A stretch of DNA of 64,000 nucleotides from NCBI RefSeq assembly GCF_036321535.1, contig NC_087437.1:43154001-43218000 (forward strand). The letters are read 5' to 3'. Shown here one piece after another: positions 52,130 through 64,000 of the stretch (position 1 is its first letter; every line of letters begins with the position of its first letter). A program made the position numbers and the translations under genes. The DNA is from Camelus dromedarius. Lineage: Eukaryota. The notes beneath the pieces were generated by a model. It made no database searches, had not been told where the DNA came from, and saw only the letters and a program-made list of their open reading frames with translations.

Positions 52130-53714
52130 GGAAAAAGAAAGAAAAATCTCATGGATAGAAGTAAAATAAAAAATTCAGTGAAGTTTAGGAAATTAAGAAT
52201 ACAGAAAACAAAAATCATGGTGACAGGCAGCAGCGTCCAAAGTGAAAACACGCCCTTTTTTTTCATACCACAGTTCATAGGCGAGGAGCACACATGTGTT
52301 TAATTCTTGGATAATAACAGATTTTGGAATTGAAGGAGAAACTGAATGAATAAATTGTTCTTAAAAACTAGAACTGCTGTACATAAGGTGGAAGAGGTAA
52401 GAGCTAAGGACCAGCACTGACTAAGAAGAACCAAATGAGAGCAAATGAGATATGGAGTCAGGAAGAAGTCAGATTATCTTCTGTGACACTTTCAAGGCCT
52501 ACAGAAAAACAGTTTTGACCTTAGAAAACACACCATGTATTATTAGTTCCAAAAACCTTCTAGTAGCTTTAGAAAAACTCATAGCGTATAGATGTGGAAT
52601 TAGCTATGAGAATGACTAAATACATGGAAATTTTGACTTAGTCAATGCTTTATAAGCAAATAGAGTCTAATTTAGGTACTTACTAGTACATAAGTATTGC
52701 ATCTTAAATATGACAAGAGTCAATACAGTAATAGTTCTTACTTGATGCTTGCTTTTCATTAAGTGGCACCAACTGTATTCCTGTGCCTGGCACAATACCT
52801 AGCATATAGCAGGAAATCAGTAACTGTTTCTTGAGTTAATATACAGATACATTCTAGCCAGTGCCTTCACAGAGCAAATGATATTGTTAGCCTTCCCCTA
52901 GTATTTCTTCCATGTCCATTATGTGCCGAATAAAAGGGGCACACTGATGTTCCAACGGGTTGATAATCTTTGAAATGGCATAAATGAGTTCATTGGTGTT
53001 TATTCTATTTACTATGATGTTTAATAACAGCTTTCCAACTCATGGAAACATAGTCATGTTCCAAGACACTAAGGCTGAGAAAAGTAAGAGAGCTTCTGTC
53101 CCTGAGAAAGTTGAACGTGTATCCATATCCATACACCACGTTCTTCAATATCATGCTCCCTTCACAGAAGCACCATTCTCATTCCTTCTAGGCCCTCTGA
53201 TCTCACTTCAGTTCTTACACCAACTGAGTCACAGAGATGCCTGAATTTATCCTGTGATGCTCTCCACCCTTTCTATAATATGATTTGTTTCGCCTATCTC
53301 TCTTCCTTTCCAGAACCCTGTTCCACTTCCTACTCTCCAAGAACAACTATATTACCTCTTCTTAGGGGTGGCAGTGATCACTATTTCCCCTTTAAAGTAT
53401 GCTGACACTTTTAGTGACACTAAAGACTCAAGCAGTCATCAGCAAGGCAGAGGAAGGAGAAGAAGAGGGAGGGGTTAGAAGAACTGAGATATTCTCTTAA
53501 TACTATGACCGTTGTCACTGAACTAGATAGTAAACATAGAATTTTTCTATTTGTCCTAATTCATTAAACATCATTAATGCCTTTTCTAAAATACTTTGTT
53601 TTCATTAATGAAATATTTTCAAGCTCCTACTACATGCCCTACATGTACTACAACATGATTCATACATTTTATAAGCAGTGTTTTTTTGTTGCATCAATAT
53701 GTCATTTTATATAC

Positions 53715-53840
53715 AATAATCTTTTTAAAAGGTAGCTGCTGTATTACCATTTTACAGACCAGGAAACTGAGTGTCAGAAAGATTGAGATTTCCTTAAGGA
53801 CTCATAACTAGGTATATTATGGATATAGCTCTAAACCCTT
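53715..53840 (-). mobile_element. MIR SINE
   Basis: tattaccattttacagaccaggaaactgagtgtcagaaagatt. Confidence 0.85.
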
Positions 53841-55249
53841 ATATTTTCTTTCAATAAAACATTATTGACCATATAAGAAAATCAAGATTTCATTTTTTGA
53901 ATGACATATTGATGCAACAACTTCTACCTGGGTTCAAGCCCACGTTTCTCTTTCACTTTTGATTTTTGCTAGATTCTTTGCAAGAGGGCAAGTTGTGATT
54001 TTTTTCTTATGAAAGTGGCTTCTGGTTTCCTTATTTTAGTTGAACTTTTAGGAACCTGTTCCTAAAGGTCATCCCTAATGTAAGAAAAGCAGAAAATAAC
54101 ATTTGATGCTATTTTGGATAAATTATTTGCTTATATTTGAGGGTGGATTGTTTGTGTTATACCTATAAAATTATTTGCACATATTTGAATTTAAATATAT
54201 TTTCCCCAAAACTTCAATGTAGAGATTGCCTGGCTAGATCTATGCCTTAATAGCACCAACTTTTCTACAGAAGAACAAGACAGGGTGTACTTTGGTGCCC
54301 TCAATATGCTGTGTTGACCAAAACTTGTATTATTATTGGGACATTTCTCTAGATGGAGATTTTTCTGCTGTTGACCCTTAAAGACTCATAATAAACTCAC
54401 ACTTCAGCAATATATGGCAACAGTTGAGTTCTGCAGTCTACGTTTAATTTATTTTTGTCATCAATATTTGATAGCAGCTTTAATATTTAAAATCACACAA
54501 ATATCTAACAAGGAGTGGTGACATGTGCAGAATCTTGAGTAGCTTGTCCTGGAGTGTAGTCTGAATTATGTTCTCTGTGAGGATGATTTCGTAGTGACTA
54601 AGCACTCATGAGCTCGAGGGACAAATACACCATTTACTCTACCATGTTATATTTCCTTCTTTGAACAGCTGCTACTTGTTATTCATATTACTTCATGTCA
54701 GTGTTTTGTACTGTGAAATATATCATAGCAAGTATCCACATCTTTGCCTCCTTCACATAGAAATTGTGAAGAAATACCGGAGTTTTTTTCTTTACAATTT
54801 CTTCTTCACTTTTTTCAGCTTTGGAATAGGATTGCCAACATTCTGTTTTCTGTATCTTATGGGAAAAAATGTTTTATCCTTGATGGGGCAGGCAGGGCTA
54901 CAGGGATGAAAGAAGGGAAGCAGCAAGCTGCTGGCCTCTCATGGGGCAGTTTGATGGGGAGGGAGTAGAAATTGTTCAAGAACGGACTCTGAGTCTCTGG
55001 GTGAGCTTTCTGTTCCCCTTCAGGGTTAACTCCAGCCTGTGCAGTTTCTTCGACTACCTGTAGAATCTGATGTTCAGAGTTAGATGCTCAGATTTCATTT
55101 GTCATAAGTTTAATATATAGTAAAACCTGTCATAAGGAGACAGTTGTCAACTATGTCAGATTTCTGGATCCTGGAACATCACCTTTTTTTTTCTTTAAAT
55201 GTAAAATAAGCCAGTTAGGAATTCAGAGAAATTTCTGTACCATAAAGAG

Positions 55250-55475
55250 GTAGTAAGGAGTGTTGGAAAAATGCATAGATTTGGGGGCATACTCCTCAAG
55301 GTTTATGTCTGTGCTCCATCTATGTTAGTTATAGAACCTAAGACCATTGACTTCATTCTCTGAGATTCAGTGAAATGCAGATAATAGGACTCACCTTGAA
55401 GGGTTGTCATGAGAAACATATACCACATCAGGATAATAGATGCTACACAATAGGTGTACAAAAGTGAGGTTTTCC
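55250..55475 (+). mobile_element. MIR SINE
   Basis: ctctgagattcagtgaaatgcagataata...gggttgtcatgag. Confidence 0.6.
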
Positions 55476-55489
55476 CATTCCTTCCTTTC

Positions 55490-55810
55490 CTTCCTCTTAT
55501 TTTAAACAGACATTTTTTGAGCCCTCAGATGCTATGCTTTGGTCTAAGGAGACAGTGATGAGCAAAAGCAGATGTACTGTCTGCTCACAGGAGGGGTACC
55601 ACTGAGTGGAGAGAACTGCCACAAAGAGACAATCACACCAACAGAGGCACACTCTCACTGGAGCAGGTGTGGCAGAAAGGAGGGACAGGTGAGCGCATAT
55701 TTCAGAAGACTTATGAGTCTGTCGTAAAGGTCTGGGAAGACATTTGTAAGACGGTGACAGTTGAGCTAAGATCTGAAAGATAAGTAGTAGTTAACTAGTA
55801 GGGAGTGAAA
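55490..55810 (-). mobile_element. L2 LINE fragment
   Basis: aacagacattttttgagcc...ggagacagtgatgagcaaa...ttgagctaagatctgaaagataagtag. Confidence 0.75.
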
Positions 55811-55814
55811 AGCC

Positions 55815-55896
55815 ATGATCGTTATCATCATCGTCATCGTCATCACCACTGTCGTCATCAACATTATCATCATCATCATCCCTTCCATCACCATGA
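55815..55896. repeat. Degenerate (CAT)n trinucleotide repeat
   Basis: atcatcatcgtcatcgtcatcacc...atcatcatcatcatc. Confidence 0.9.
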
Positions 55897-57444
55897 TACA
55901 GCACGAGCCTCTCTTGTTTCCAGAGAAATAAACTCCACCCTAAATTTTGTAATTCATTCAATTTTTCTGTGAACCATATCCTTGTCTTTCCTTCTACCTT
56001 TCTTTGTGCATGTCCCTGCCTTTGGTCACTTTGGAGAATGCTGATAAGTGGCAGTACTGAAGAGGCTGTTACTAATCTTTTGGCTTCTTTCTTGCTCTGT
56101 CAGGATGAGGCTGATAGATCTCTATTCACTACTGCACATACCTTCCAACAATTAAAAACCTCTCTATTCTTCAGCAGTGTCACATCAATCACTCCTTGTT
56201 CGCATCACCAACTCCAGATGTTCCTAGCATTGTTAACAGGCCACCTGTCTTTCCTAGCACTAAACTGAAACTGGGAGGTCCAGTTGGGACGGTGCTGTGC
56301 ATCCCTAATGGCTCATTCTGGACCTTGGACGATGAGCCCTGAGTGTGGGACAGGCAGACTCTGGCAGACATGCACCATGACCCTTGTTTTCTTCATCTAC
56401 TGTGAAGTGAATTAGTGAATTGATAATTCATCTCTTACCATATTTTCTGTGTTCAGAAATACCTTGCTTCTGACTAATGTTCTTATTAGAGTTTAAATGA
56501 AGAAAAAAGGGAAATGGGGAGCAGATGATTGCTTTCTTTGCCCGTTTTTTTAATCTCCATGTACTCCTCCAAATACGTTGCCAACATAATTTTTTTAAGT
56601 AGTAAATCCTTGGAGAGTCTACCTAGTTTATGCTTAATTGGATTAACATTTAGTAATTGTTTAATTTAATTAAATAAATTAATATTAATTTTTTTTACTT
56701 AAGTACATCTGAAGTTCTTTTCTCCCCCACACAGGAAAGATTTGGTTATTTATTTATGTATTTGTTTATTTTAAACAGATTTGAGTTCACGCAAACCTAG
56801 AACTGAATGAGTTGTATCAGTGATAAGTATAGGGAGGAAAATAATATGTGTTATTTGGGGACTACAATAGAATTTTAAAAATCATCGAGCCCTCACCTCT
56901 TGTTTTATAGATGAGATTATGTGGCCTGCCCTAGATCATAGGACAGGCATTTTTGGGAATCTCCCAGCATCAGGTTAAATGTTCGGATGCAATGTGACAT
57001 GGCCATTGGATGGCTCAATTACTAGTGCCAAGAAACAGCTGCTTCAGAAAAAAAGGGGCCAGATTTCTGTTTATTTATTTACTTATGACAAAGGCTTATT
57101 TGAATCATGGACTGTTAGTTTAAAAGAGATTTCAGGGTAGCTATCAATCAGACACATTCACTTCATAGTTAGGGAAAAATTGAGACTCAGAATATTGTGG
57201 TTTCTTATCCAAGTATGTGTAACTTGATTTGCACACAGGGCACCAGACTTCAGTGAAACGCACTTGGTATTCACTGAATGCCGTCTCTAAGGGAGGCATT
57301 GGACAAGTCAGTGGATTATGAAGATAGTGATAAGGTTTGCTCCCTGAAGACTGATGTCTTGTTTTCCTGATTCCCAGCCAGTAGAAGGAATGAAAGGTTT
57401 ACACTCATCCATCAAAAGTTGATCTCAGTTTGAGGGGACCCTTG

Positions 57445-57982
57445 TAACATCCTTCAGTTTTCTTGTTATTCTCAAGATAAAGTATAAAACCTTTAACCTA
57501 GAGCCTACCCAGCCCTCTGTGGCCGGCCATGCCCTTTCTAGCAATTCTGACTCCTCTCCTGATACCTCCCTGCCGCTCACCGGATTCCAGCCACAAAACC
57601 CTCACCTCTCGCTCTAGCTCCGATCAGGACTTCTGCATGTTGTTGTCTCTACACTGGCGATTGCTGACTAATTTTCAAGTCTAGATCTAAATCTAAATGC
57701 CCTTCAGGAAAACTGTTCCTGAATATCTATCTACTCTATATTAAATCTCATTTGTCATATGCTCTGATAGAACATTTTATGGGTCCTCTATAGTCACATA
57801 TCATAACATAGTTATTTATGCAGTTATTTACTTAAGACCTGTCTTTATCACCAGAAAATAAGTAATCTCCGTGAAACACAGATTATGTCTTTTTGTTCAG
57901 TATAGCACCTTTAGCACATGGAGCCTGGTACATAGAAGGTGCTCAGAATTATTTGATAAGTGTCTGAATATATGAATGAATC
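57445..57982 (+). mobile_element. L2 LINE 3' region
   Basis: ctcaagataaagtataaaacctttaac...gagcctggtacatagaaggtgctcagaattatttg..gaatgaat. Confidence 0.85.
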
Positions 57983-59690
57983 TCTTTTAGAATGACTTAC
58001 CACTGCTCTGCTTAATTGGCAAGAAAGAATCCCATTCTAATCTCAAATCTAATACTCCCTTCCAAATCCTTTAAGAGGATTTCTTCATATACGCATTCAT
58101 TCACTGACACACATTTACTTGTTACATGCTGAATAAGACCAGGTATCCAAAACCAAATAGCGCACTTTTTGTTCCAAAGGAATTCACAGTCTTGTTCATT
58201 TAGGGAATATTCCGAGGATGTATGCAAACATTGGGATTTGATGGTGGAGGTTATAAAGCAAAATCTTCTTTCTCTTGAAAACATATATTTAAGAGCTTAA
58301 AAGCATATTATTTGTTGATATGCTTACCAATCTGGAAATAACAGTATTTTACTTTTGTTGTAAGAGTCAAGAAACATTCCATCTAGAAGGGTGCAAGTCA
58401 TAGAAAATTTTAAGCACTGAAGAGAGAAAACAGTTTATCCCTTAGACTTACTCTTGTAGCTGACTTCCCTGTTTTCACAGGAAGAGCATTATGTCTGGTC
58501 ACAGAGGGAAAGTGGAAGTTATAATGGAGAAATTGGTGTCTACCTAGTATGTGCAAAACAATCTTTGACTCCTGGTGACAGCTTCTGGGAAGAAAATGTA
58601 ATGTTGGGGTGGGTCTCCCTCTGAATTACCCTCCAGTGTGTGTGAAAAGAAGCTGGTTGGATTTTTCATCTCTGTATAAACATTGACTGTTTGCCTTCCC
58701 ATATCTAAATGGGGGAGAGAGAAAAAGAAAAGGATGGATGTGAGAAATTAGCCTCATGGTGACTAGCTGTATCTACATATTATCACAACATCCAGATACA
58801 ATTTTTTAAAGCCATTTTCCTATAAGATCTCCCTTTAACTGCTGAAAACTACTTAAGCATAGACTTATGCTCTTTACTTTTCATCTAAAGCTTTCAGCTG
58901 TGTAGACACCTACCTGTCTATAAATGTGGCCATTATATCTTAACTCTGAAAAGCATATTTAAAACAGCTATAACACAGCATTGGAATATTGACATAAGGT
59001 CTGAGAAGTGATTCTGATGGTGGCTCCAAATTCTTCTCAGGGCAGGTGTCAAAGGCTTTTTCTGTATGAGTCTATCATGGCTAGATAAGCTGCTATTATT
59101 TACTAATAATGATATTGCCCATATTTGAATTACCTTTGAAAATTTATCCAGTATTTTTGTATGTTTTCTCATTGACTCTTCACAATGATTCTCTGAAGGT
59201 TGTAAAAATATTACCAGAATTTTGTCTTGATTGAGGTAACAAAAGTTAATAAACATTAAAGTAGGGAATCAAATCTAGATTTTCAGATGGCCAGTCTTAC
59301 TCTCTGGGTATAATAAATTTAAATCATGTCCATTAAATACATAGCTAGATAGTGAATAGTTTCAGAAACTTAGTGTATAAATTCTTAAGACACATTGTAC
59401 ATTCAGGTTCTGCTGTTGTTAAGATTGCTCCTTGTTAACACCCGTATCTGTCTTGTTGAAAATACTGTACCAGTAATAAAGTCTTTAGATAATAGTTTGA
59501 AATTAACTTGTTAGTTCTTCATATATATGACAAATTATACCAAATTAAATTACATGAAAATAAATATATATGAAGAAATACATTAAATTAAATTGTATAC
59601 ACAAACTGAATATATATAATACACAAATATAAATATATATTATGTATATTAAATATATGTAATATATTCAGTTTGTGTATACAATTTTTA

Positions 59691-59744
59691 ATATATATAT
59701 ATATATATACACACACACATACATACACACACATACATACATAT
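59691..59744. repeat. (TA)n(CA)n(CATA)n compound microsatellite
   Basis: Read directly. Confidence 0.95.
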
Positions 59745-61429
59745 AGTCCTTACTAGGAATTCACATTATTGGCATCAGTATCTGTCAGTCTTTTGGAAAT
59801 ACTTTAAAAATTACTGGTGAAAGGATACTCTAATGATTTTCTATCCAACTGATAAATTTTTTTTTGCCTCCAATATTTAATTTGAAATAATTTTATTAGC
59901 ATTTAATGCTCATTTTTCAGTTTTAATAAGTTGAAACCATTCTACCTAAAACAAATTTTACTTGGGTATATGTGGGTTACCTGTTTCCAGATTATTATAT
60001 GTGGGTGTTTAGGGGTGGAGAATTAGCTGAAACATATACTCCTTCCACATAGGTGAAGAGAAATGTGGCAGTTTAACCATACTATCTAAAAATAGTTTGT
60101 GGAACAAGATAGAGTCTAAATCCTTAATTACCTTGTTAGCATAAACTATCAGGCGTGGTCCATGGGGCCACCATGGGTCACCTAGAAAAATGGTCAGGTG
60201 TGGGAAGAGGGGCACCACAGATGCAAAGACACTCTTCCCACTCAAGAAATTCCAAGGGTTTAAAAAGGAGCCTGGACAACCAGCCCTTTTTGTAGGTGAG
60301 GCCCAATTATTTACTACACATATGCAGTAATTCTATTATTTAAAACAGTTTGCATCTCATTATGATAAATGCATTGCTCAATGGTTTATTGGGCCTGAAT
60401 TCTCACATGGACTCCAAATTAAAGTCTATTACAAATTAGTCTAAGGCATAGATTCTCTCTCCTAAATATTACTGTTTATGAGTACGATCCAGCCTACCTA
60501 TACAATTCTCATAAAGAAAGGATCAGAATAAACTTTGAAATTCCTAAAAGGAGAAGATTTTGGTAGCAATACAGTTGGAAGAGTGGGAGATTGTGTCCAA
60601 GTAACCTCTGAAAGCTGCACTTGTAGATCAAGCCTACCTTTTAACTCTGCTTATTTATTTGGAGAAGTTTTGATTGCAGCTAAGAGAGGCTAGTTGAGAG
60701 AATAAGATGGCTACTCCTTTGTGCTGCCTCTAAGTGTAGAGAATCCAGGTTGTTTGTGGCCCTGTGATTGCAAATATGTGAAGTCATGATATGCATATAG
60801 CATGATTGAGCTGTTGTGAAACTGAGTTCAAATGCATGCTTTTGTTTTGCTTGCATATATGTGGCATCTTCTGTGTGCCTGATGCCATCATATATGGATG
60901 GATAGAATGCCTGGGTATCACTCAGGTGCACTCAGAGGTTCTGGTACAATGATTAAATCACTCTGGCTGCAGCCCCTATTTTGACACCTAATTGGATCTG
61001 AGATCATCTTTTCCCGGTCATACTCTTGGGCATGCTTTCTTTACTTTTCCCCCTTTCTTTTATTCATCTACATTCTTTCTGTTTGATTCCTTTCTCTAGG
61101 AAACCAAAAATGCGATGGCAGAGAAAGAAAAGCCTTAGGCAGACTATAGTTTATTTTATGCCTAATTTGTTCTAGTTAATCAAAGACAAAAAATTGAAGG
61201 TGAAAATATAAGGACCCTGTATTTGAATTAAGTATGCAGCTTGTCTTCAAAACATGTTCCTCTCACTTTTTTTATAACCTAAGCATCTTTTTGCTGTACT
61301 TTAGAAAGCAAACTTGGCATAAAGTCATGTAACGTCACAGTGCAAAATAAGAAGCTGATTTACGGCCTGCTAGATTTACAAAGTCATTTTTCTGTATGAT
61401 CACATAGTTTAGTCAAAAGGCTATTTAAC

Positions 61430-61560
61430 AGGTGTTAGGGGCCATGTTTGGCCCTGAGTGGATCAGTCTGTCTTTCTGGCCTTCTGTGTCCTCATCTGTA
61501 AAGTGAGGAGATCGTCCTAGCTGAATGGTCCCTAAGGGCCCCTTCTAATTGTAATGTTAC
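61430..61560 (+). mobile_element. MIR3-like SINE fragment
   Basis: tcctcatctgtaaagtgaggag...atggtccctaagggcccttcta. Confidence 0.7.
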
Positions 61561-63619
61561 GCATTTTCTATTGGGTTACACAACTTGAGAATTTGGTGTG
61601 TTAATGACAAATTTAATTAATGTAGACAAATAATTTAAATGTCAATAAATCAAATCATAACTAATGATTTAATGGACTAGAAGAATCTTCTCTCCAAAAT
61701 AAAACCTAAACTTTCTAGTTTGAAAGAACACCAGTGATCCTCATTCCACATATAGGACACCATTTCCTTAACCATTATTTCTAGTCTGAAAATCAATTGT
61801 GATAGTAACATGTAAATTCAAAACATTTCTCTTACAACAAAAGGTCATTATAACCCACTGAACATTGCTGTCACTGTGCAGTGATAGCCAGTACATAGTA
61901 ACTAAAAACAGAATGCAGTGTCCATTATCTGGTTTTCTGAGAATAGCAACTTTTGTAACAGGGTAACTATATTGCAGTAAAACCTTCATAAACTGCGTCA
62001 AGTTATCTGGACAGGGGAAATGTTCCCAGCTAATTTTGTATACCTTTCATTTATTCATGCTCAGCTGAAGAAAACGGTGCCTAAACTAAGTAAATTTAGT
62101 GAAATTTGTCTCCAGTCTTCTGCCCGTGCTTTTCCTCCACGCTGGTTGGAACGTTGTCCAGCTGGAACTATGAAGACCTAGACTGAGCTGATTCTGTCAT
62201 CCCTTCAGAGGCTTCTTCCAGAATGTGGACACTGGCCTGCCCAGATTTACCCTGTACCAAAGCAATCTTCCTTATCCCCCACCCTTCTTCACAGAAACAT
62301 AACTATTCTCTTTCCACGCCTTGTAACCCTGCTCATTATTTTGAACTTTCTTCTGAAGCCTATCTCATGTTGTCCAGGCTTTGTGACTTTATTTTGCTCC
62401 ATATCTAATGAAATTTTATTACCACAGCAACACTTTTCTCACGCTTTAGACCATAACCTTATGTTTCCTGTATTTGTTTTAAATTCAGGTAATGAAGTTT
62501 CTGGTAACTGTGTGTCACTGGTTTGCATCACCTCTGCAAATTGTAGGTTGCTGAACTAAGATAGAAAACTCATTTGCTTGGCACAGTCAGGGTATTATAT
62601 TTTGTACTTAACAAAACTTAACAAAACATTAGCTTACAGGCTGAATGAGACTGGCCAATTTTCTAAGAACTAGAATGCAGTACTGTACAAGTAGTAGTGG
62701 ATATGTACCAAAATCATTTTACATCTATTGAGAATTCAGAATGCACTCTAGGCCTCAAAGGGATCATTATGCACACTAATTATTGTTGTACACTGCAGAA
62801 ATAGCAGTTAGTAGAGGTTTCTTTTGATAGAAAGGCAGATAAATCAACTTCCCTGTAGTTAATTCTTTAGATGGTGCATAATCCCTTTATGCAAATACTG
62901 GTCTTCCTGCAGCTTACATTGAGTTCTAAACTCCAACAGAGTTATGATAGGTGGAAGAAAATTCAAAGGCAAAGAAGTTCTTTGTAATGTACTTGACCCG
63001 GGGATCATTAGAACATTTGAGCACAACTCAGCTGCCTGAAGAAAGAACAGTGCTTTAGACGAAAGTACATTAACTATGATGGCTGGGGCAGAAATCACAT
63101 TAAGAATAATAGTTCCAGAAGAGTGTATTTCAGAACACAATTGGAAGGCCAGGTCTTCAACCATATGACAAATGGGTTCCTTGGAACTGAATTCCAGTTA
63201 CAAACTATCAAAGTACAGCTTTGAATTTCAAAATTTGATTTTACTTTGACCAGAGAAGGGGAACACTTATAATAGGACTATACTAGTTATAATAATAATT
63301 TTTTGTGCAAAGACATGCCATTTGGTTTTTTGGAAAAAAAAAAAAAACTGACGTGATCCAGTTTCAAATGGCTTAAATATTCTGCATTTCCACTTGTTGC
63401 TTGCCAAGGAGGATCATGAAAGCATATGTTTATCAGTTATCGAATATGCATAACAAAGACATGATGGTCGTAACTTGTGGATTTAATCTAACACTTATCA
63501 ATTTTCTAGTCCTCAACAAAGTAGTCCATTCAGTCCATCTTTATTTACTATATGTTTTCGTAAAAGTACAAGCATGTCAGCCTAACTATCATATCTCCTT
63601 AAATTCAGACAGGTTACAT

Positions 63620-63790
63620 CCATTTATCCGATTCATTCACACAGACCTTAACTAAGTTACCTCTGTGAGCGAGAGCCTGCTGTGCTAAGAGTTGGGCGCT
63701 GATAAGACAGACTCCTCTGCCAAGGCATCGACAGTCTAGATAAGCAAATCAACAAGTTTGTTGTGTACAGAAAGGAAGAGCATATCCTTA
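63620..63790 (-). mobile_element. L2 LINE 3' end fragment
   Basis: catttatccgattcattcac...tgtgctaagagttggg...taagacagactcctctgccaagg..acagtctag. Confidence 0.65.
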
Positions 63791-64000
63791 AAAGAGAACT
63801 ACAGAAACGAAGTCATGGAAGGGTGAAAATTTAAGAGAATCTGGGAATAAACTACAATAATTGTTACTAAGCACTGTTGTAGGTACTATGCTAAGTACTC
63901 TATTATCTAATGTTATAATATAATAATCTGTATTACTATCTAATACTGTAATATTAGTATTATCTATTGTGAGTCCTATATCCATCCTTCAAGTTTACTT

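Noticed and set aside
51913..52303. Overlapping 115-aa and 126-aa ORFs
   Set aside because: Extended by the poly(A) and low-complexity tract; no recognisable domain
62461..62494. Possible recursive splice site ttcAG|GTAATG
   Set aside because: The reconstituted donor departs from GTRAG and such matches are common in T-rich introns
62859..63164. 101-aa minus-strand ORF, considered as an endogenous viral or transposase relic
   Set aside because: No motif of any viral or transposase family recognised; a blastx search would be needed
1..64000. CRISPR array, operon or other prokaryote-type system
   Set aside because: Mammalian repeat-laden DNA; no repeat-spacer arrays or gene-dense ORF clusters

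Overview
AT-rich mammalian genomic DNA, most likely camelid (alpaca/llama/camel). The only young SINE is a Vic-1-type tRNA-derived element at ~26.34-26.48 kb, and I saw no Alu, B1, SINEC or Bov-A/BovB. I recognise no protein-coding gene. The supplied ORFs look like chance or repeat-derived frames, except one that is an L1 ORF2 remnant. The window reads as a long intron or gene desert containing old MIR, L2, L1M, MaLR (MLT1) and hAT-Charlie relics, microsatellites, and several repeat-free, motif-rich blocks that may be conserved enhancers. The best leads are a candidate 6-nt microexon (12287-12292), other + strand exon-like segments, a motif-dense enhancer candidate (~44.7-45.1 kb) near a CTCF site, a SOX-OCT composite site and two perfect inverted repeats. 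Repeat subfamily names come from remembered consensus sequences and their boundaries are approximate. I cannot support a claim of a new biological system from sequence alone.
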